DNA of 64,000 nucleotides from Christensenellaceae bacterium (lineage in GTDB: Bacteria > Bacillota > Clostridia > Christensenellales > UBA1242), in assembly GCA_031262595.1 (NCBI GenBank), contig JAISHI010000006.1, forward strand, positions 438 through 64,437, given 5' to 3'. Shown here piece after piece: positions 55,011-63,990 of the stretch. Within the stretch, counting starts at the first letter, position 1; the number at the start of each line of letters is the position of its first letter. The notes under the pieces are model-generated. The model made no database searches. It saw only the letters and a list, made by a program, of their open reading frames with translations, and had not been told where the DNA came from. The translations under genes and the position numbers were made by a program.

Positions 55011-56273
55011 ATGAAATTCACACAAACCTTAATTCCAACGCTAAAAGAAGTTCCTGCTGATTGCGATAAAGATAACATCGCGCAAATTTTAATGACCCGA
55101 AGCGGAATGATTAAAAAAATGTTCTCGGGGTTTTATACCGCCCTGCCGCTTTATAATATTTTGCGCGACAAAATCGAAAACGAAATCCGCCTCGCTATGC
55201 GCGAAGTCGGATGTTTTGAGGTTAAGTTCCCAGTCATCGCAACGAAAGAAAGTTTCGAAGAAAGCGGGCGTTGGGAAAAGTTTGGCGGCGAGATGTTTAG
55301 GACAGCCGACCGAACCGAGCATATTCTTTGTTTATCGCCAACAAACGAAGAGGCAAGTTGCGCGGTTGCGAAAGCGTTTTTAACGAGTTATACGCAACTG
55401 CCGTTTTGTATGTTCCAAATCCAAAAGAAATACCGCGACGAAATTCGCCCGCGCGGAGGTTTAATGCGCGCGCGCGAGTTTTCTATGAAAGACGCGTATA
55501 GTTTTCATCTAACCGATAAAGATTTAGACGGCTTTTATAATGAAATGCGAGGCGCTTACGTTAAACTCTTTAAAAAACTCGGGTTTAAGGCGATTCCTGT
55601 TTCTGCGGACAACGGAAGTATGGGCGGAAGCGCGAGCGAAGAGTTTATGGTCGAGAGCCCTTCGGGGAGCGACGAGATTTTCGTTTGCGATAGTTGCGGG
55701 TTTGGCGCGAACAGCGAGGTTTTCGCAGGCGAGGTTTGCCCGAAATGCGGCGCTGGGCTTCGAAAAGTTAAGGCGTTTGAGGTCGGTCATATCTTTAAAC
55801 TCGGCGATTATTATACGAAAAAGCTCGGGATAACTTGCGCCGCGCAATCGGGAGAGCAAAAAACCTTAACTATGGGTTGTTATGGGATTGGCGTCGACCG
55901 CGTCATCAGCGCGATTATAGAAACCTTTAATGACGAGAACGGAATCGCTTATCCTGCGCCGCTCGCGCCTATAACCTTTAACTTAATAACCGCGAATATG
56001 AAGGACGAGGCACAAGTTAAGGCGAGCGAACTTCTCTATAACGAACTTAAACACTTCCCTGTAGAGGTTCTTTGGGACAACCGCGACGTTTCTATCGGCG
56101 CAAAGTTTAAGGACAGCGACCTTATCGGCGTTCCTTATCGAATTATTGTCGGGAAATCGCTAGCGCAAGGCGAAGTTGAGTTCTCGTCGCGCGACGGAAA
56201 AGTTAAAACGAACTTAAAAATCGAGAACGCACTTAAAGAAATACTAATGAAACTTTTAGGAGGGCAACTTTAA
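55011..56273 (+). CDS. proS: Prolyl-tRNA synthetase, bacterial type, without the INS editing domain
   Basis: N-terminus MKFTQTLIPTLKEVPAD, class II motifs FRTADRTEHILCLSPTNEE, YRDEIRPRGGLMRAREFSMKDAYSFH and GCYGIGVDRV. It is only 420 aa. Confidence 0.85.
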   Translation: MKFTQTLIPTLKEVPADCDKDNIAQILMTRSGMIKKMFSGFYTALPLYNILRDKIENEIRLAMREVGCFEVKFPVIATKESFEESGRWEKFGGEMFRTADRTEHILCLSPTNEEASCAVAKAFLTSYTQLPFCMFQIQKKYRDEIRPRGGLMRAREFSMKDAYSFHLTDKDLDGFYNEMRGAYVKLFKKLGFKAIPVSADNGSMGGSASEEFMVESPSGSDEIFVCDSCGFGANSEVFAGEVCPKCGAGLRKVKAFEVGHIFKLGDYYTKKLGITCAAQSGEQKTLTMGCYGIGVDRVISAIIETFNDENGIAYPAPLAPITFNLITANMKDEAQVKASELLYNELKHFPVEVLWDNRDVSIGAKFKDSDLIGVPYRIIVGKSLAQGEVEFSSRDGKVKTNLKIENALKEILMKLLGGQL

Positions 56274-56275
56274 TT

Positions 56276-57517
56276 ATGAGTGATATGAATTTAGACAAAC
56301 TTTTATTCGATAGGTATTTTGAGGATTTTTCGAAATACAACGCGAGCGACCTCGTTTCGCTTTTAAATGTTAAGTCGAAAACTATTGTTCCTGAACTTAC
56401 CGAAAAATTATTCGAAAAGAAATTGAATATTAAACTCGGCATCGATTCGACGGGCGCCGACCTTCATATCGGGCATCTTTGCCCAATCTTTATTCTTAAT
56501 CTGTTAGTTAAATTCGGGCATAACGTTTCGCTCGTAATAGGCGATTTCACTGCAAAAATCGGCGACCCTAGCGGCCGCAATACAGAACGCGAGGTCATAA
56601 CCGACGAAAAAATCGCGGAAAACTTTAAAACTTGGAGTTTCCAAATCGCGCCGTACCTCGACCTTACGAAAATAGGTTTGCGCCAAAACAGCGAATGGCT
56701 CGCGGGAATAACTTCGAGCGAACTTTTCGGTTTATTCGGGAAAATGAACCTCGCGACGATGCTGCAACGCGAAGACTTCCGAAAGCGCCTCGAAACCGGC
56801 GGGATAACTTTCGCTGAAGTCGCTTACGCGAGCCTTATGGGGCTGGATTCCGTTGCGCTTAAAACGGACATCGAAATCGGCGGCGTCGACCAACTTTTAA
56901 ACCTTATGCAATGCCGCGAAGTTCAAAAAATCTACGGCATGAAACCCGAAACGGCGTATACTGTTCCGATTTTGGAGGGGACTGACGGCTCTGGGCGCAA
57001 GATGAGCAAGAGCTTTAATAACTATATCGCGGTTAATTCAGATACCGACGATATGTTCGGTAAGTTTATGAGTATCCCGGATAATTTAATCATGCAATAT
57101 GTTAAATCTTTCGGTTATCTTTTCGAATCCGAACTTAAAGAGCTCGAAAAGTTTATCGCCGAAAACCCGATGGAGGCTAAAAAGCAACTCGCGACCTATT
57201 TCGTTTCGATTAAAGGTAAAGACCTTAGCGTTGGAAAAGCCGCGCGCGAGCGATTTGAGGCGAAGTTCAGCAAGAAAAACATCACCGACGACGATTATTT
57301 CGTTATTAAAGTGGCTTCCGGAACGCCGATTATCGATGCGCTCTACGCTAGCGGTAAATACGATTCAAAAAGCGCGATAAAACGCTTAATTTCCGGAAAC
57401 GGCGTTAAAAACCTAACCGAATACGGCGAAGAAATCATCCGCGCAGAACTCATCATAACAAAACCCCTCAAACTCAAAGCGGGCAGGTTAAATTTCTTTA
57501 AGATTGAGTTAATTTAA
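56276..57517 (+). CDS. tyrS: Tyrosyl-tRNA synthetase
   Basis: 413 aa with the HIGH motif (DLHIGHL), IGDPSGR, GGVDQ, KMSKS and a C-terminal S4-like region. It lies 2 nt after proS. Confidence 0.8.
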   Translation: MSDMNLDKLLFDRYFEDFSKYNASDLVSLLNVKSKTIVPELTEKLFEKKLNIKLGIDSTGADLHIGHLCPIFILNLLVKFGHNVSLVIGDFTAKIGDPSGRNTEREVITDEKIAENFKTWSFQIAPYLDLTKIGLRQNSEWLAGITSSELFGLFGKMNLATMLQREDFRKRLETGGITFAEVAYASLMGLDSVALKTDIEIGGVDQLLNLMQCREVQKIYGMKPETAYTVPILEGTDGSGRKMSKSFNNYIAVNSDTDDMFGKFMSIPDNLIMQYVKSFGYLFESELKELEKFIAENPMEAKKQLATYFVSIKGKDLSVGKAARERFEAKFSKKNITDDDYFVIKVASGTPIIDALYASGKYDSKSAIKRLISGNGVKNLTEYGEEIIRAELIITKPLKLKAGRLNFFKIELI

Positions 57518-59812
57518 TATTTCGAATGACGCGTATGCCAGCGAGAGCATTTTTTCGCAAGTTTCAAACTTAACTTTTATAATGTTAGTGCCGATTATAT
57601 CGAGAATAACACCCTCGCCGAAAGAAGAATGTTTAATTTTTGTTCCAACCGAAACGTTAAGGCTCTCGGCGGTGTCGGTTTTTGCGGTAAATTTCGGCTC
57701 GTCGTCGGTTATTTTCGGTGCGTTAAAACTCGAACCCATGAAGTCGTTAGGTTTAGGTTTTTTAGCGAACCGCCCGAAGCCGCCGCCGCCGAAACCGCCG
57801 CCGAAACCGCCGCCGAACCGCGAATATGAGCCCCCATATAACCCGAACTCGTCCTCGATTTCCTCCGCTTCGAGGTTCATTTCCTCGATGAACTCGCTAG
57901 GCGTCGTCGACTTATCAAACGACTTATCCTTCCCATACATAAACCGCGAGCGCGCCGTCGAAAGGTTAAGCGTTCTCATAGCGCGCGTTATCGCGACGTA
58001 TAAAAGCCGCCGCTCCTCCTCCATATCCTTATCATCGTTTTTCGCGCGCGAAAGCGGAAAAATCCCGTCCTCTAACCCAACGATATAAACGCATTTAAAC
58101 TCTAAGCCCTTCGCGCTATGAACGGTTGAGATAACTACTTTATTTTTTGCGTCAATGCCGTCGTCGCCGGAAGCTAACGAAACGGTTTGGAGAAATTCGG
58201 CGAGCGTCGCGGTTTTGACCTGCTCTTTTTTAACTTGGTCATAAAAATCTTTTATCGACTTCGAAAGTTGCCCAAGGTTTTGGAGGCGTTCGTAGTTTTC
58301 CTCGTTTTTCTCGGCGTCGTAATGTTTATCAAGCCCGATAATTTCTATAAACCTCTCAGCAAAAGTTAAAAGCCCGTCCTCGTCTAGGACTTTTTTCATA
58401 TCGTCGATAACTTTTAGGTAGTCCGCGATACCTTTAGTTTGCTTTGCGCCTAAATCGCCATTCGTCCAAGCATTTTTTAAAACATCGAAAAGCGGTTTGC
58501 CGCTCTCGCGCGAAGTTTCTTGTAATTTTTCAAAACTAGCCTCGCCAACGCCGCGCCGCGGAACGTTTATCGTATTCCCAATCGCAACCTCGTCGCTCGG
58601 GTTCGCGATAACGCGGAAATAATCCAGCGCAAGTTTAATTTCTGCGCGCTCATAAAACTTAAAACCGCCCCAAACGACATAATCTATGCCGTATTTGCGG
58701 AGCGCCTCCTCGAAGTTGCGCGAAAGGGCGTTTATCCGCATGAGTATCGCGCAATCGCCATAATCGCCGCCATCCCGAACATATCGCTTAATCTCGCTGA
58801 CGATTTTATCCGCCTCCGCGCGTTCGCTCGGATAACTTTTTAGCGAAACGACGCCGTCGGGAAGTTTCGAAAATAAAACTTTACCTAAGCGATTCTTATT
58901 AAAGTCAACGAGCCTACTGCTAAGCGAAACGATATTCGCAGACGAGCGGAAGTTTTCTTCAAGTTTATAAATTCGCGCCTCGGGGAAATCTTTTTGAACC
59001 TTATTTATGTTGCTTGCATCCGCGCCGCGCCAAGTATAGATACACTGGTCCTCATCGCCGACGATCATAAGGTTCCTATGAACGGAAACGAGGCGCTTAA
59101 CGATTTCGTATTGGATTGCGTTCGTATCTTGGAACTCGTCGACGAGGATATATTTAAAACCACTCGCTAATTTTTCGCGAACGAGCTCGCATTTATCTAA
59201 AAGTTCAAGCGCGCGAACTAATAAATCGTCGAAATCCAGCGCATTGGCTTTTTTAAGCCGACTTTCGTATTCGCTCATAATGCTAAAAATCTTGTCGCTG
59301 TTATGAAGATGCGCAATCTCGCCCGCGTAATAATCGAGAGCGAACCCTTGGTTCTTCATGTTCGAGATATGCCAAGAAACGCCCTTTAAAAACTGCTTGT
59401 CTTTTTCCGTTTCTGTTTCGACGTCGGCGTCGGCGGTTTTGTTTATCTCTCGCAAAACTCGCATTTGGTCGGCGTCGCTATAAATCGAAAAATCCGTCGT
59501 ATAGTTATAGCCTAACGCCTCGTTGAGTTTCGTTATATTTCGGCGAAGAAGGCGCGCGCAAAAACTATGGAACGTTCCCAAAAAGGTTTGAATCGGATGC
59601 CCAATCATATCCTCGATTCGCTGCTTCATCTCGCCCGCGGCCTTATTCGTAAAAGTTAGCGCAACAATCGCGCGTTCGGGGATCCCGCTCTTTAATAGAT
59701 ACTCGATTCGGTGCGTTAAAACGCGCGTCTTGCCGCTGCCGGCGCCGGCGGAAACGATTGCGACGCCGAGCGGCGCGCAGACTATTTCTTCCTGAGTTTC
59801 CGTTAACTTCAT
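57509..59812 (-). CDS. pcrA: ATP-dependent DNA helicase PcrA/UvrD
   Basis: 767 aa with the SF1 motifs GAGSGKT, DEFQDTN, NFRS, TVHSAKGLEF and YVAITRA. Confidence 0.9.
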   Translation of the reverse strand: MKLTETQEEIVCAPLGVAIVSAGAGSGKTRVLTHRIEYLLKSGIPERAIVALTFTNKAAGEMKQRIEDMIGHPIQTFLGTFHSFCARLLRRNITKLNEALGYNYTTDFSIYSDADQMRVLREINKTADADVETETEKDKQFLKGVSWHISNMKNQGFALDYYAGEIAHLHNSDKIFSIMSEYESRLKKANALDFDDLLVRALELLDKCELVREKLASGFKYILVDEFQDTNAIQYEIVKRLVSVHRNLMIVGDEDQCIYTWRGADASNINKVQKDFPEARIYKLEENFRSSANIVSLSSRLVDFNKNRLGKVLFSKLPDGVVSLKSYPSERAEADKIVSEIKRYVRDGGDYGDCAILMRINALSRNFEEALRKYGIDYVVWGGFKFYERAEIKLALDYFRVIANPSDEVAIGNTINVPRRGVGEASFEKLQETSRESGKPLFDVLKNAWTNGDLGAKQTKGIADYLKVIDDMKKVLDEDGLLTFAERFIEIIGLDKHYDAEKNEENYERLQNLGQLSKSIKDFYDQVKKEQVKTATLAEFLQTVSLASGDDGIDAKNKVVISTVHSAKGLEFKCVYIVGLEDGIFPLSRAKNDDKDMEEERRLLYVAITRAMRTLNLSTARSRFMYGKDKSFDKSTTPSEFIEEMNLEAEEIEDEFGLYGGSYSRFGGGFGGGFGGGGFGRFAKKPKPNDFMGSSFNAPKITDDEPKFTAKTDTAESLNVSVGTKIKHSSFGEGVILDIIGTNIIKVKFETCEKMLSLAYASFEILN

Positions 59813-59820
59813 TATCCTCT

Positions 59821-59849
59821 ATAATACAACAGCGCGCGTGAACGGGCAA
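59821..59849 (-). promoter_or_regulatory. pcrA promoter TTGCCC-17-TATTAT, with the -10 box 8 nt from the ATG
   Basis: Hexamers read directly from the sequence. Confidence 0.5.
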
Positions 59850-59893
59850 GTTAATACTTGCGCTTTCCCTAACTTTAATTTAAGATTTTAGAA

Positions 59894-60151
59894 GTGAAGA
59901 AGATTTGGGCGAAAGTTATCATAAACTTTAAGGTTAAAAAGAGTATTTTATTCGAGGCTAAGGAAGAAATTACTACCTCCAATTTTTATGGTTTCGTTAT
60001 CGAGGTTTGCAATGCATTAAAACTGCCGACGCCGCTCATAACGCCAATCCAAACAAACAACTTTTTAGAATTTAATATCTTAAAGTTAAAACAACGCGAC
60101 TTCATCGAGGAAATCGCGTTTGATATCTTGCAATTTGAACTTTGCGAGTAA
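59894..60151 (+). CDS. Hypothetical small protein
   Basis: 85-aa ORF with a GTG start 7 nt after a TAAGAT box. No family recognised. Confidence 0.35.
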   Translation: MKKIWAKVIINFKVKKSILFEAKEEITTSNFYGFVIEVCNALKLPTPLITPIQTNNFLEFNILKLKQRDFIEEIAFDILQFELCE

Positions 60152-61645
60152 TTAAACCTCTTCGGTTTCAGCAAAATAATTTTCATCAACCGAGCGGAGC
60201 AAAATAACGTTTCCGTTTTTATCGAAAATCGCAGGCACATCAACCGCAGGAAGTTCTTCGCCCTCAACCGCTGCAATCGAATAAAGCCCGAAAACGTAAT
60301 ATTCGCCCGAAAGTTTAAAGAAGTTTTTTGTAAGGCCAGAGAAAATGTTTGCCGAACTTACCTCGCCCCAAGCCTCGTCGCTAGATAACGCCGAGATTGC
60401 CGCGCTCTCGCCGCCGTTTTTATCGTAAAAAATAACGTTATCGAGAACGGTTAAAACGCTCGAAACAAGCCCCTCGGCGTATTTCTTAACGTTGCCGTCC
60501 CCTTCTTTAATAGTAAGAACATTTCCGGTTTCTTCGTATTTTATAAGGCTGTTTGTTTCCGAAATGAACGAGTAAAAATATGCGCCGGCGGATTTCGTTG
60601 GGGTTTCCGGGAAGATAAGTTGGCTTGCGGAGTTCGGCGCAACCATTTTTGTAAGTTCGGTTTGGTCACCTTTATATTTCTCTAAATCCGTTTCGTCGGT
60701 CATAACTAAATTCGTAGTCGCGTCTTTCGTCGACTTAAAAGTTAGGTATCCCGCCGAGATATTTACTAACTCATAACTTGTTTGAACGCTATTCGCGAGA
60801 ACTTCGCCCGAACCGCTGCCGATTTTCGAGCGGTAAAGAATTGTTTCGCTCGAGTTTTCGTCGCGGAGTTTCGAATAATAAACGAACCCCATAACGTAAT
60901 CCGCCGCATTTTCGAGTTTCGCGCTCGCGTTATACGATTTTATTTTCGGGAACTTAACAACGGAAACATCCTCCGCGATAACGGTCGTAGCGCCTACTTT
61001 TTTATCTTCCGCTTTAATTACTATTTGTTTAAGCTTACTTTCTTCATAAACATAAAGATAAATTTCGCTGCCGGAGGGGACTACCTCGAAATTTTCGCGA
61101 GCAAGGTCGGTTGTCGCGGTTGTCCAAACACGGGTATTTTTAGCTCCCGTTAGTTCGCAAACGAAAAAGTCGAGTTTTGTATTTTGCAGTGCGCCATTCT
61201 TATTTTTTTGGTTGTTTGGGGTCGTATAAATTAACTTATCGCCGAAAATCCAAAGCGCCGTCGTTTGCGTCCCAACAATTTTAGGAACAATAACTTCCGC
61301 GTTATTTATTGCATCAACATTTAAATTAAAATCCTCGCCTCGCTCCGCGTTTGGCGTTGGATTTATCCCGCCACTTAAACTCACGCGCTTAATGTTCGCG
61401 TCGCTGGTTTTATTATATTCGTTTTGTTTATATGTAATCGTTGTCCTATCGATATAACCATCAACGAAATAAAGGCTAGATCCAACAAGAACCGCCGTTC
61501 CGCCATTCCCTGAAACGCTGGAAATATCGCTCGGCATATCTTTCGGCTTAAACGCGTTTGCGCTAGCCGTTAAAAGAATAGCAGTCAACGCCCCGCCTAA
61601 AATAAGAACAGCCGCTAAGATTATAACACCAATTTTTTGTTTCAT
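60152..61645 (-). CDS. Membrane-anchored beta-rich protein (DUF5050-like, tentative)
   Basis: 497 aa with an N-terminal TM segment (IGVIILAAVLILGGALTAILL). Repeated ..LYFVDG.. and ..LIYTT..-type strands. Confidence 0.5.
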   Translation of the reverse strand: MKQKIGVIILAAVLILGGALTAILLTASANAFKPKDMPSDISSVSGNGGTAVLVGSSLYFVDGYIDRTTITYKQNEYNKTSDANIKRVSLSGGINPTPNAERGEDFNLNVDAINNAEVIVPKIVGTQTTALWIFGDKLIYTTPNNQKNKNGALQNTKLDFFVCELTGAKNTRVWTTATTDLARENFEVVPSGSEIYLYVYEESKLKQIVIKAEDKKVGATTVIAEDVSVVKFPKIKSYNASAKLENAADYVMGFVYYSKLRDENSSETILYRSKIGSGSGEVLANSVQTSYELVNISAGYLTFKSTKDATTNLVMTDETDLEKYKGDQTELTKMVAPNSASQLIFPETPTKSAGAYFYSFISETNSLIKYEETGNVLTIKEGDGNVKKYAEGLVSSVLTVLDNVIFYDKNGGESAAISALSSDEAWGEVSSANIFSGLTKNFFKLSGEYYVFGLYSIAAVEGEELPAVDVPAIFDKNGNVILLRSVDENYFAETEEV

Positions 61646-61733
61646 ACCTTAATATAATATAGCCCTTTCCGCGTTCCGTCAATCTTTAATATTATTATAG
61701 ACATATCCAATCAATAAGAGTATATCTATGTTT

Positions 61734-62666
61734 ATGAACGAAATTTTAGTAAAGGGGCTAAGTTATACTTACCCGAACGGCAGGGGCGTTAAAAATATAA
61801 ACCTCGCCGTGAGTTCTGGGCAAGCAATCGGCTTCCTTGGCCCGAACGGAGCTGGGAAAACGTCGACAATCCGCGCAATAATGGGGTTTTTAAAGCCCGA
61901 CGAGGGGTTCGTCAATATAAACGGAATGAACGCGTTTAGCGATGCGCCTGAGATTATGAAAAATCTTGGGTTTATTGCTGGCGAAACGGCGTTTCCGGAA
62001 TTTATGACAGGCGACGAATATATTAACTTTATGATAGACGCCCGCGCCGAGGTTCTCGAAAAAGAAAAACGCGCGGAGGCGAAAAAAGCGATGCAAACAG
62101 AAGCTAAACGCCTCGTCGAAGTTTTTGACCTAAACAGTAAAGGCAAGATTAAAAAAATGAGTAAGGGCATGAAGCAAAAGGTTGCTATTGTTTGCGCGTT
62201 CATGCATAACCCAGACGTTTATATCCTCGACGAACCGACGAGCGGGCTCGACCCACTCATGCAAAACCGTTTCGACGAACTTTTAATGCAAAAAAAGCGC
62301 GACGGCAAAGTTATCTTTATTTCGAGCCATATCTTCGCCGAAACCGAACGCATTTGCGATAGGCTTGCGATTATTAAGGACGGCGTTATCGTTAAAGAAG
62401 CCAGCCTTAAAGAACTTCGCATTGGCGCAAAAAAAATCTTTAATATCGAGGCTGATAACGTTAAAGATATTAAAGAGTTGTTTGGGTCGAATTACGAAAG
62501 TAAAGTTATAAACGCGGGCGAAATCGAATTTTATGTTCCCGCGGATAAAATCCATGACTTCGTTAAGAAACTTACAAAAGCCGATTTTAACGACATAACA
62601 ACAAAAGAACTTAGCCTCGAGGACGCGTTTATCTCTTATTATGATACGGATAAGGAGGGCAAATAA
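61734..62666 (+). CDS. ABC transporter ATP-binding protein
   Basis: Motifs GPNGAGKTS, SKGMKQKVA and VYILDEP. I prefer ATG 61734 to ATG 61728. Confidence 0.85.
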   Translation: MNEILVKGLSYTYPNGRGVKNINLAVSSGQAIGFLGPNGAGKTSTIRAIMGFLKPDEGFVNINGMNAFSDAPEIMKNLGFIAGETAFPEFMTGDEYINFMIDARAEVLEKEKRAEAKKAMQTEAKRLVEVFDLNSKGKIKKMSKGMKQKVAIVCAFMHNPDVYILDEPTSGLDPLMQNRFDELLMQKKRDGKVIFISSHIFAETERICDRLAIIKDGVIVKEASLKELRIGAKKIFNIEADNVKDIKELFGSNYESKVINAGEIEFYVPADKIHDFVKKLTKADFNDITTKELSLEDAFISYYDTDKEGK

Positions 62667-63454
62667 TGAACTTTTCGTTATATAAATCGCAACTTAAAAG
62701 CAACAACGGGGTCTTTCTCGGGGTTTTCGGCATTTCGATTTTCTATATCGCGATGCTTATCTTGGCGTATTCGCTTTTGCCTGATGTTGCGAATGCTATG
62801 GACGGCGAAATGGGCGCGATGATGAGGGAAATGCTCAGTCAAGGCGCGTTAACCTTTATGGGCATGGGTTTTTTCGGGAATATCTATTACTTTGCGTTTG
62901 TTTTATTCCTAGTTCTAAAACTCGCGACAAAATACGGCAGCACGGCGGCAACTAACACAACAATGAGTTGCTATCTCTCCGCGCCGATATCTAGAACGAC
63001 ATATATTTCGACAACCGCAATGACGATTTTAACGACAACTTTCGTTTATCTTCTCGGGCTTTATATCGTTGGGAATATTGCGTTCGCGATCGGCGGATAC
63101 GAGGTTAATCAACTGGATTTCATCGTAAGCATGGGCGCGCGAACTTATAGTTTATTCGCGCTCGCGGCAATCGGATTCTTCTTCTCGTTTGCGTTCGCGG
63201 GCTCGAAAAATGCATCGATGCTCGCAATTATCATTCCAATCTTTATCATGATGATTCCGTCGCTGCTTTCTACAATTAGCGCAGACGTCGAGTGGTTTAA
63301 ATGGGGCAACCCGTTGGAATGGATAAATCTCGAGAACCTCGTTAAGGGCAATTTCGATTGGCTTTGGTTGGCGACGCTCGGTTATACGGCTATCATTGCG
63401 GTTTCGTTTATCGGCGCATGGAGGCTCTTTAAGCGACGAAATATAAGTATTTAA
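62666..63454 (+). CDS. ABC-2-type permease
   Basis: 262 aa with about 6 TM helices. Its start overlaps the ATPase gene stop as ATAATG. Confidence 0.6.
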   Translation: MNFSLYKSQLKSNNGVFLGVFGISIFYIAMLILAYSLLPDVANAMDGEMGAMMREMLSQGALTFMGMGFFGNIYYFAFVLFLVLKLATKYGSTAATNTTMSCYLSAPISRTTYISTTAMTILTTTFVYLLGLYIVGNIAFAIGGYEVNQLDFIVSMGARTYSLFALAAIGFFFSFAFAGSKNASMLAIIIPIFIMMIPSLLSTISADVEWFKWGNPLEWINLENLVKGNFDWLWLATLGYTAIIAVSFIGAWRLFKRRNISI

Positions 63455-63990
63455 AACAACTTATCGTTTTCGACTTTCGAAAACCGCGAGATTATCGCGA
63501 AAATAAACAATAAACTCGAAATGCTGATGTAAAATATCGGCATTTTTGTTAGAAAGCTCGTAAATAAAACGATAAAGGCTAGGAAGAAATATTGTTTTGT
63601 ATTCTCTCGCCGCGTTGCGAACCTAAAAAATTCCTTAAACGTTTTGCGTTGTTTTTCTTTTCGGGGGGCGACTTGCTTTGGTAAAAGTCCCGCCTTTAAT
63701 AAAAACTCCCGAACCGCGACTTTATAGTCCATAAAGATAACTTCTAAGTTAAGTTCGGCGGCGAGTTCCCTATCCTTACTCGAAAAATCCCCTATTAAAA
63801 GAAGAACGGCGTTTTGTTCCGCCTCGCGTAAGCTTTCGGTTAACGAACTCCCGATAAACGCGTTTACGATTTTGTTGTCTTTTAAAAATAAGATTTTGTT
63901 TCCGCGTATTTTTGCCGAAAAAAGTTTTCGGAGCGCAAACGCAAATAGCGTAAAGGTTTCGCGCGGACTTAAAAATTGTAAATCGAACAA
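63451..63990 (-). CDS. Hypothetical membrane protein; the start may lie beyond the window edge
   Basis: 179-aa ORF with C-terminal hydrophobic helices. There is no in-frame stop between 63990 and the window end. Confidence 0.35.
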   Translation of the reverse strand: MFDLQFLSPRETFTLFAFALRKLFSAKIRGNKILFLKDNKIVNAFIGSSLTESLREAEQNAVLLLIGDFSSKDRELAAELNLEVIFMDYKVAVREFLLKAGLLPKQVAPRKEKQRKTFKEFFRFATRRENTKQYFFLAFIVLFTSFLTKMPIFYISISSLLFIFAIISRFSKVENDKLF

